In this document: one piece after another, positions 52,501 to 62,079 of the stretch
Layout of the letters: each line of letters opens with the position of its first letter
Position numbering within the stretch: the stretch's first letter is position 1
NCBI GenBank assembly: GCA_032718475.1
Contig: JAUCBJ010003609.1
Span: forward strand, 1 to 62,079
DNA from: Nemertoderma westbladi
Lineage: Eukaryota; Animalia; Xenacoelomorpha
Direction of reading: 5' to 3'
DNA length: 62,079 nt
The notes under the pieces: model-generated
The model's input: only the letters and a program-made list of their open reading frames with translations
The model's database searches: none
Told to the model about the DNA's origin: nothing
Translations under genes and position numbers: made by a program

Positions 52501-55500
52501 GGCAGACGGTGGAACTTCAGACGGCTCTGAGTATTACGTTGCAACGAGTTAGGGCGAGACCTATCTAACGAGCTATAGTAAGCGAGATTTCATCGAGATT
52601 AGATGTATAATATTAGATAAAATAATAATACAGTAAGTATAGGCCTACAGAAATAATTATTTTACTTTTAATATTCATAACAGTAAAACAAAAATGTTAT
52701 AAACCTCTCCTTCCATGCAGCCAATGATTGTGAAAGCAGAATTACTCTGACCAATTCGCAACAGACAACCCAAACCCACCCCAATCAACACTCCAGCCTG
52801 CTTGCTCCTTATCTGTGCCCAGCCAGCTAGCTGCGAGTTCAATAATTACCTTAACGTTGCTATGATACAGAAAACAATCCTTCCCTATTCAATAACTATA
52901 GGCCAATTCGATCCTGCTTGGCGAATATGACATATTTATACACTATTTGATTTTTAATCAATAAATAATCATACATATTTATATTAAACACTCGAATAAA
53001 ATAAAAACTTTGTGAGAATGGGACACGGCGAATCTACCCATGTTAATTTTAAACCAGGTGGGATAAATGTTAGCCCTCTAAATCATTAATTACCGATAGA
53101 AGAACCGAAATAATTCGATAAATTTCGCCCGAAAATCACGAAAATCGCCCTCTAGCGGCAGACGGGCGAACTTCAGACGGCTCTGAGTATTACGTTGCAA
53201 CGAGTTAGGGCGAGACCTTTCTAACGAGATATAGCAAGCGAGATTTCATCGAGATGGGTTCGATTGTATAGCCGATGACAAACACACAGACAGACAATCG
53301 ATATTTATATATATAGACTAGAAAGCCTGTGGCCCTTCGGGCCACAGCTTTCTAGTGCACGTGCAGATGATATATGAATATGTGTGGAAGATTTGAGAAC
53401 TGCATACGGAACAGACACCATCATTAAATAAAACACCACCCCCATAAGAGATAACTGTCAAGTTTCAACTTTAGGCAGATTGTAAATAACAAAATTTCCA
53501 GAAAATGATCACTTTCAGATCCACCCTCTACCTGCGGACTGGTGAAATGCAGACGGCGCTGCAGTTTGGTAAAGATGGGGTTTATGGTGAAGTAAAATGC
53601 CTGCCTTTCAAGTTTCAGCTTAAACAGATTGTAAATAACAAAATTGGTGTAGATGTTCACATTCAGACATTTCACCCTCTAGCGGTAGACTGAAGAACTG
53701 TAGACGACTCTGGGACTCCGTAAAGATACAGAATATGCTGTAGTACAGTAGATTCCTGCCAAGTTCCAGCTCAATAGGATTAAAAAGAACCAAATGGGAT
53801 GGGTGTTCACTATCAGATATGTCGCCCTCTAGCGGCAGATGGGGGGACTGTATACAACTCTGTGACTCCGTAAAGGTACAGCCTATGCTGTAGTAGATGC
53901 CTACCAAGTTTCAGTCTAAACCGTTAGTAAATAACAAAGTTGGAGAAGATGTTAACTTTCAGACATTTCACCCTCTAGCGGTAGACTGGGGAAGTGAATA
54001 GGATTCTGCAACCCCGTAAAGATACAGCCTATGATGTAGTAGATACCAACCAAGTTTCAGCTCAAAATGATTAAAAAGAACCAAATGGGATGAGGTATTC
54101 ACTATCAGAAAATTCGCCCTCTAGCGGCTGACTGTGGAACTGTAGACGACTCTACTACTCCGCAAAGATATAGCCTATGCTATAGTAGATGCCTACCAAG
54201 TTTCAGTCTAAAAGGATTGTAAATAACAAAGTTGGAGGAGATGTTAACTTTCATACATTTCGCCCTCTAGCGGCAGACGCGGGTAATGTAGACAACTCTG
54301 CGCGACTCAGTAAAGATATAGCCTATGCTGTAGTAGATGCCTACCAAGTTCAGTCTAAATGGATTATAAATAACAAAGTTGGAGAAGATGTTAACTTTCA
54401 GACATTTCGCCCTCTAGCGGTAGACTGGGGAATTGTAGACCTCTCTGCCACTCAGTAAAGATACAGCCTATGCTGCAGTATATAGCTACCAAGTTTCAGC
54501 TCAAAAGCATTAAAAACAACCCAATGAGATCAGGTTTTCACTATCGGACAATTCGCCCTCTAGCGGTAGATGGGGGAACTTCAGACGGCTCTGAGTATTA
54601 CGTTGCAACGAGTTAGGGCGAGACCTATCTAACGAGCTATAGTAAGCGAGATTTCATCGAGATTAGATGTATAATATTAGATAAAATAATAATACAGTAA
54701 GTATAGGCCTACATAAATAATTATTTTACTTTTAATATTCATAACAGTAAAACAAAAATGTTATAAACCTCTCCATCCATGCAGCCAATGATTGAGAAAG
54801 CAGAATTACACTTGAGCAGTTCGCAACAGACAACCCAAACCCACCCCAATCACACACTACAGCCTGGCTTGCTCCTTATCTGTGCCCAGCTAGCTGCGAT
54901 TTCAATAATTACCTTAACGTTGCTATGATACAGAAAAAAATCCTTCCCTATTCACTACAGCATAATACAGCATAGGCCAATTCGATCCTGCTTGGCGAAT
55001 ATGACATATTTATACACTATTTGATTTTTAATCAATAAATAATCATACATATTTATATTAAACACTCGAATAAAATAAAAACTTTGTGAGAATGGGACAC
55101 GGCGAATCTATTCATGTTAATTTTATACCAGATGGGATAAATGTTACCCCTCTAAATCATTAATTACCGATAGAAGAACCGAAATAATTCGATAAATTTC
55201 GCCCGAAAATCACGAAAATCGCCCTCTAGCGGCAGACGGGCGAACTTCAGACGGCTCTGAGTATTACGTTGCAACGAGTTAGGGCGAGACCTTTCTAACG
55301 AGATATAGCAAGCGAGATTTCATCGAGATGGGTTCAATTGTATAGCCGATGACAAACACACAGACAATCGATATTTATATATATTAGATATAGACTAGAA
55401 AGCCTGTGGCCCTTCGGGCCACAGCTTTCTAGTGCACGTGCAGTGCAGATGATATATGAATATGTGTTTGAGATTTGAGAACTGCATACGGAACAGACAC

Positions 55501-58237
55501 CATCATTAAATAAAACGCCACCGCCATAAGAGATAACTGTCAAGTTTCAACTTTAGGCAGATTGTAAATAACAAAATTTCCAGAAAAATGATCACTTTCA
55601 GATCCACCCTCTACCTGCGGACTGGTGAAATGCAGACGGCGCTGCAGTTTGGTAAAGATGGGGTTTATGGTGAAGTAAAATGCCTGCCTTTCAAGTTTCC
55701 GCTTAAACAGATTGTAAATAACAAAATTGGTGTAGATGTTTACATTCAGACATTTCACCCTCTAGCGGTAGACTGCAGAACTGTAGATGACTCTGGGGCT
55801 CCGTAAAGATACAGAATATGCTGTAGTAGATTCCTGCCAAGTTCCAGCTCAATAGGATTAAAAAGAACCAAATAGGATGAGGTGTTCACTATCAGATATT
55901 TCGCCCTCTAGCGGCATATGGGGGGGGGGACTGTATACAACTCTGCGACTCCGTAAAGGTACAGCCTATGCTGTAGTAGATGCCTACCAATTTTCAGCTC
56001 AAAATGATTAAAAAGAACCAAATGGGATGAGGTTTTCACTATCAGACAATTCGCCCTCTAGCGGCTGACTGTGGAACTGTAGACGACTCTACTACTCCGC
56101 AAAGATATAGCCTATGCTATAGTAGATGCCTACCAAGATTCAGTCTAAAAGGATTGTAAATAACAAAGTTGGAGGAGATGTTAACTTTCATACATTTCGC
56201 CCTCTAGCGGCAGACGCGGGTAATGTAGACAACTCTGCGGGACTCAGTAAAGATATGGCCTATGCTGTAGTAGATGCCTACCAAGTTCAGTCTAAATGGA
56301 TTATAAATAACAAAGTTGGAGAAGATGTTAACTTTCAGACATTTCGCCCTCTAGCGGTAGACTGGGGAATTGTAGACGACTCTACTACTCCGCAAAGATA
56401 TAGCCTATGCTATAGTAGATGCCTACCAAGTTCCAGTATAAACGGATTGTAAATAACAAAGTTGGAGAAGATGTTAACTCTCAGACATTTCACCCTCTAG
56501 CGGTAGACTGGGGAAGTGAATAGGATTCTGCAACCCCGTAAAGATACAGCCTATGATGTAGTAGATACCAACCAAGTTTCAGCTCAAAATGATTAAAAAG
56601 AACCAAATGGGATGAGGTTTTCACTATCAGACAATTCGCCCTCTAGCGGCTGACTGTGGAACTGTAGATGACTCTACTACTCCGCAAAGATATAGCCTAT
56701 GATATAGTAGATGCCTACCAAGTTCAGTCTAAACGGATTATAAATAACAAAGTTGGAGAAGATGTTAACTTTCAGACATTTCGCCCTCTAGCGGCAGACG
56801 CGGGTACTGTAGACGACTCTGCGACTCAGTAAAGATACAACCTATGCTGTAGTAGATGCCTACCAAGTTTCAGTCTAAACGGATTGTAAATAACAAAGTT
56901 GGAGAAGATGTTAACTCTCAGACATTTAGCCCTCTAACGGTAGACTGGGGAACTGTAGACAACTCAGTGACTCCGGAAATATACAGCCTATGCTGCAGTA
57001 TATAGCTACAGAGTTTCAACTCAAAAGCATTAAAAACAACCCAATGAGATCAGGTTTTCAATATCGGACAATTCGCCCTCTAGCGGCAGACGGGGGAACT
57101 TCAGACGGCTCTGAGTATTACGTTGCAATGAGTTAGGGCGAGACCTATCTAACGAGCTATAGTAAGCGAGATTTCATCGAGATTAGATGTATAATATTAG
57201 ATAAAATAATAATACAGTAAGTATAGGCCTACAGAAATAATAATTATTTTACTTTTAATACCGGTATTCATAACAGTAAAACAAAAATGTTATAAACCTC
57301 TCCTTCCATGCAGCCAATGATTGAGAAAGCAGAATTAATTACTCTTGAGCAATTCGCAATAGACAACCCAAACCCACCCCAATCAACACTCCAGCCTGCT
57401 TGCTCCTTATCTGTGCCCAGCCAGCTAGCTGCGAGTTCAATAATTACCTAACGTTGCTATGATACAGAAAACAATCCTTCCCTATTCAATAGCAATAGGC
57501 CAATTCGATCGTGCTTGGCGAATATGACATATTTATACACTATTTGATTTTTAATCAATAAATAATCATACATATTTATATTAAACACTCGAATAAAATA
57601 AAAACTTTGTGAGAATGGGACACGGCGAATCTACCCATGTTAATTTTATACCAGGTGGGATAAATGTTAGCCTTCTAAATCATTAATTACCGATAGAAGA
57701 ACATAAATAATTCGATAAATTTCGCCCGAAAATCAAGAAAATCGCCCTCTAGCGGCAGACGGGCGAACTTCAGACGGCTCTGAGTATTACGTTGCAACGA
57801 GTTAGGGCGAGACCTTTCTAACGAGCTATAGCAAGCGAGATTTCATCGAGATGGGTTCGATTGTATAGCTGATGACAAACAGACAGACAGACAGACAATC
57901 GATATTTATATATATTAGACTAGAAAGCCTGTGGCCCTTCGGGCCACAGCTTTCTAGTGCACGTGCAGATGATATATGAATATGTGTGGGAGATTGGAGA
58001 ACTGCATACGGAACAGACACCATCATTAAATAAAACACCACCCCCATAAGAGATAACTGTCAAGTTTCAACTTTAGTCAGATTGTAAATAACAAAATTTC
58101 CAGAAAATGATCACTTTCAGATCCACCCTCTACCTGCGGACTGGTGAAATGCAGACGGCGCTGCAGTTTGGTAAAGGTGGGGTTTATGGTGAAGTAAAAT
58201 GCCTGCCTTTCAAGTTTCAGCTTAAACAGATTGTAAA
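49550..58237 (-). repeat. Family A units (right block; 1563, 2205, 2077, 2525 bp and a truncated copy)
   Basis: Same ends and monomers as 28652-33605. Confidence 0.9.
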
Positions 58238-59737
58238 AGCCTTTGCTGAATTGCCCCGTTATTTTTATTATCTTTTACCTTAAAATACTCTGTAGTTGAT
58301 TTAATAAGTGTAAGAGACCGTATTATTGCTGTATCGGTGTTTTTAGAGGATCTAAGACCTATTTCCTCCGTATGTGTACTGTGAAAGGCATATTTTTATG
58401 ATTCTATGGCAATTCGTGACGCAAAAGGGTGATAGCTACTCTTGAACAGTAGTTACTATGACTACGGTTAACAGCTGACATTCATACGTGTTGATTTCCT
58501 TTGTTCTACGGCGTCTCTCAGTTCAGTCAGCCAATGAGAGCGTTTTTGTGGCTCCTTGTACAGAAAATTTCCGAGAAATGACGCAATGCCTATGTGCAGT
58601 GTTTACATTCAGTCTTGAGCCAAAGAAAGAACGGCTTAGAAGTATTTTGTGCTGTACTGCTTTTTAGTCGTACACTAGTAGGTTTAATTATAAAGGGCAT
58701 ATATCCTTTAACTGACTGATGATCATACAAAACAAACTGACTACTTGAATATCTCATGCCTATGTACCGGTACTGACTTGTTGTTTTATACTGCTATTTG
58801 CTGTCAGTTCTTCATAATATGGTTGATGAATAATTATATTTGGAACAACGATAAATAACCCCGCAACCCAATATTCTTGATATACCTAAGGTAAGAGAGA
58901 AAGGTTACCAATAACGATTGTGACTTATGTTAAAGTGGTTTGAAGTGAATCTAATGTTATTTGATAGACCCTACATGAGTCAGCCTGTGTTCCTTTTATA
59001 TGTGACTAAAATCAGTGAAGATTGGCAGATTAGTGTGCAGTATTGTGCAGCATAGTGTATGAGTGAGTCTGTTAAAGAAGCAATTCCTAAAGAATGCGCC
59101 ATATATGTGAATTATAATTAAGCCATATCGTTGTGAGTAGTTTAAGTCATAACTCTGTTTATGTAGATAAAGCGCCACGTCCTAAAGGAACTGTTAATAT
59201 TACCGAAGGTGAATAATATTGTCAGAGATTGTATAGTACTGTCAGTCGAATAATACATTAGGCTTACATAGCAATAAAAATTAAACCGTCGAACCCAATC
59301 TCCCGGGAATATCCAGCGGGTGAATGGTCGCGCACGGATTGGTTTCGACTAGTGTAGTGAATCAAATATTTGTCATAGACTAAAAAGCGATTTATTATCT
59401 AGAAGACATTCTAATTTGGCGGGTTAAACTGCCAAAGGTCTGAAAGCGCGAACATTAAAGGATATAGCTTCTTTATTGCAGTAAGCAATAAAGTCGAAAG
59501 TATCGGTCGACCGGTAACCAGTAGGCCTGATCGCCTGATCATCCGGACCGGTACCTACTTCCGTATAAGTACAGCAGTATTATTCGATTTGATTATATAT
59601 GCCGGTAGGTCTTAATAATTAATCGGGGACGCCTGGTTTTTATTGGGATTTTACTTAGGCCTATTTCTGTCAGTTTTATTTGTTTGTAGGCCAGTATTGA
59701 ACAGAAGGCGTGTAAACCTGATCAGATTGTACAGACA

Positions 59738-60300
59738 ATTTGTAGGCTGAGCTGTTGTCTGATTGCTGTTAAGTCCGAACGAATTGCAGTGTGTGTAGAG
59801 CACTTGTCCGATTAAGTACGGTTAGGAAGTAGGGGCAGCCACGCTGTAAGGTAAACCCCCAACTAAAGAATAAGTCGCACTACTGGGTTAGAGCGCATAC
59901 TCCCTAATCATTTCGGAGTCTGCATGTCCTGTAGTTTATTTAGGCTTGAGAGTAGTCTGCCATCGTTTAGTCTGTACTTTGTTTGTGTAAGTCTGTACGG
60001 GTAGCGTATACTTTTATTTAAATAATTTGTAGGCTGGATAGTTGTCTGGCTGTTATTAAGTCTGAACGGATTGCCGCGTGTGTAGATCATCTGTCCGATT
60101 AAGTACGATTAGGCAGTAGGGGCAGCAACGCTGTAAGGTAAACCCCCAACTAAAGAATAAGTCGCACTACTGGGTTAGAGCGCATACTCCCTAATCATTT
60201 CGGAGTCTGCATATACCGTAGTTTGTTTAGGCTTGATAGTAGTCTGTCGGTGTTCGGTCTGTATTTTGTTTGAGTAGTTTGTACGCGTAGCGTAATATTT
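59738..60300. repeat. 287-bp tandem duplication
   Basis: GTAAACCCCCAACTAAAGAATAAGTCGCACTACTGGG at 59851 and 60138. Confidence 0.9.
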
Positions 60301-61234
60301 ATTATTCAGAGTTTATGCGATTATTCGCAACATTCAAGTCCCCAAGTTTGTTCCTACAGTAATTGTGTTTGTTATACATACCGTTATAGTTAAATTAACC
60401 TCGGTACTACACGGGCTGCTCGGCGTAGGTAAAGACTGGTGATTTTGTGCATCGGTCACTCCAGCAGATGCCGTGGTTCTTTTAGCTGTTCAAGTATATT
60501 TAACTACTGATTATTTGTTATACAAGTACTCGTACCTAATTTAGGGTTTAGTGTACGGTGCTTTCCGAAGTAATTATTGTAGGCATTATATTTGTGTTGT
60601 AAAGTGGTTGATAGGCACATTCGATTAGCTCTATTAACTTCTAGGTAGGAACACTCCGTGATACATAACGTAGAACCTATAGCGATACGGCTATAGGTCG
60701 TCAGGCGGTGGCATTTTCCTATCTAGACAACGCAGTGTATTTACTACTACTTATTATTTCAAATACCGTAGTACCCTGTCCGCTGTAATAATCAGATTTC
60801 TAACCCTTTGTTAGGCTGGTTTGTAGACTTCTTGTAAAATTACCCTAAAAATTCGTATTTGTGTTTTTGTAAGATTTTATGTTTATTTAGAGATTGTAAT
60901 CTCACCCGAATTGTAAGTAATTTGTAGTATTAAGTAACTTAGGTAAATTAGTATTATTTGTTTTAGTGTCCTGTACGTAACACTTCACTGAAAGCGCACC
61001 GCTTTGTGTAGTGATTACTCCCCAGAAATAATAACATTTATTTCAAACATTGACAAAACCCATTAAAACGGGTATATATATATTATAAATCAAATCTAAC
61101 GATTTATAAATCGTAGGCCTACCATACAACCATTAGGCCTCAATATCAGTTGGATTACTGCTCAAATAACGGTAATAAAGTAAGTAAAGTAACCAAGTAA
61201 CCCTAAAGTAACAGAAATTCAATTATTTGAAATA

Positions 61235-61660
61235 ATTGATATACCGGTATTTACGATAGGCCTATTATCTTTATTTCTATAAATTTCGGCTGAAATTATA
61301 CCGGTACTTGTAATTAATTCTAGTTTGTAATTATACTTATATATATACACTATAAGTGTAAACTGCATACCGGTATTTACGATAGGCCTATTATCTTTAT
61401 TTCTATAAATCTAGGCTGAAATTATACCGGTACTTGTAATTAATTCTATTTCAGAATTATATATCCTACAAACTGTAAGCTGTATACCGGTATTCAGATA
61501 GGCCTATTATATATTTATATATATTTGTGCTAAAATTATACCGGTATTCTGTGATAAACCTAGTCTGTAATAATACTTATATAGTTATATATACTATAAG
61601 TATACCGGTATTCTAATATATTATATATATCACGCTATACTGAGTAGCAGTACCGGTAAT
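61235..61660. repeat. AT-rich ~60/120-bp tandem repeat with TACCGGTA cores
   Basis: ATACCGGTATTTACGATAGGCCTATTAT-type units at ~61241, 61367 and 61484; ACCGGT recurs every ~60 bp. Confidence 0.85.
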
Positions 61661-61746
61661 TAATTACTAGGCTAGTAGTTAATACTGAGTTACTAGACTT
61701 GCTCAGACTGTAATACGGCAGTAGACATTCAACTGTACACATAAGC

Positions 61747-62079
61747 ATGTCTGACGCAAAGCAGAACCTGTCAGACAGTCTACTAGATACAACCGAGAGT
61801 GAAGTGACAGCAGAGAAACCGCATAAGAGGGATGCCATTGACATCTATCTGTCAGACTATCAGCGTTTTTTGGGAGATAAAGAGTTGAGGAGAAGGCTAG
61901 AGGGACTTAGCCCTAATAGCGAAGGAGCCAAACTTGTGTTAGATGCGATTGATGTGGATAGGTTAGCGGCGAACCAAGCTAAATTCGATGAACAACTCCG
62001 CATCGCTAGAGAAAGGGAAGAACAAGTAAGGAAAAAACGTATAGATGACAGAAAGACAGCGGCAGTGGCAGCAGCAGTG
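61747..62079 (+). CDS. ORF start open to window end (charged/coiled-coil; possible retroelement gag N-terminus)
   Basis: 111 stop-free codons MSDAKQNLSDSLLDTTESE...FDEQLRIAREREEQVRKKR, with an abrupt shift from AT-rich to coding-like composition. No diagnostic motif is visible. Confidence 0.55.
   Translation, partial: MSDAKQNLSDSLLDTTESEVTAEKPHKRDAIDIYLSDYQRFLGDKELRRRLEGLSPNSEGAKLVLDAIDVDRLAANQAKFDEQLRIAREREEQVRKKRIDDRKTAAVAAAV

Larger units (their letters stand above)
28652..58237 (-). mobile_element. Head-to-tail array of 14 non-autonomous Helitron-like units (last truncated)
   Basis: On the minus strand, units typically start TC(TA)n + (GTCT)n and end hairpin + CTAG. The + strand CTAGAAAGCC..TGGCCCTTCGGGCCAC ends are at 28652, 30869, 33102, 35255, 36902, 39064, 41869, 44323, 46479 (ATAG variant), 49550, 51113, 53318, 55395 and 57920. 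The outermost CTAG is followed by T. No RepHel ORF is present. Confidence 0.85.

Noticed and set aside
28758-58047. Recurrent short ORFs (MPTKFQSK.., MKCLNVN.., MITFRST..) as a gene family
   Set aside because: They are translations of the tandem monomers, with frame-breaking indels between copies and no RepHel or other domain motifs.

Overview
Eukaryotic (animal, probably invertebrate) repeat-rich genomic DNA. From left to right: (1) 1-4421, minus strand: a near-intact Ty3/Gypsy LTR retrotransposon (gag, CCHC, protease, RT, RNase H, integrase running off the window edge). It has one frameshift, an unusual VVED RT motif and an apparent LTR with TAGTAT..ATACTA ends. (2) 4422-14400: a ~10-kb 34-bp satellite with a 1881/1894-bp higher-order repeat; it produces the spurious giant + strand ORFs. 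(3) 14715-16422, minus: a large, spliceable, S/T-rich coding exon. (4) 16.7-28.6 kb: local duplications, nested MITEs, and an RG-rich 159-aa ORF split by an 829-bp TIR element. (5) 28652-58237, minus: a ~29.6-kb head-to-tail array of 14 non-autonomous Helitron-like units (5'-TC ... hairpin-CTAG-3'). Their interior is a 146-147-bp tandem repeat, and each monomer carries a co-oriented CTCF-like motif, often with the upstream TGCAG module. A Helentron-like insertion carries the same monomer. (6) 58.2-62 kb: the probable 5' part of another retroelement, with an ORF open to the window end. All coordinates and counts were read by eye; no searches were run.
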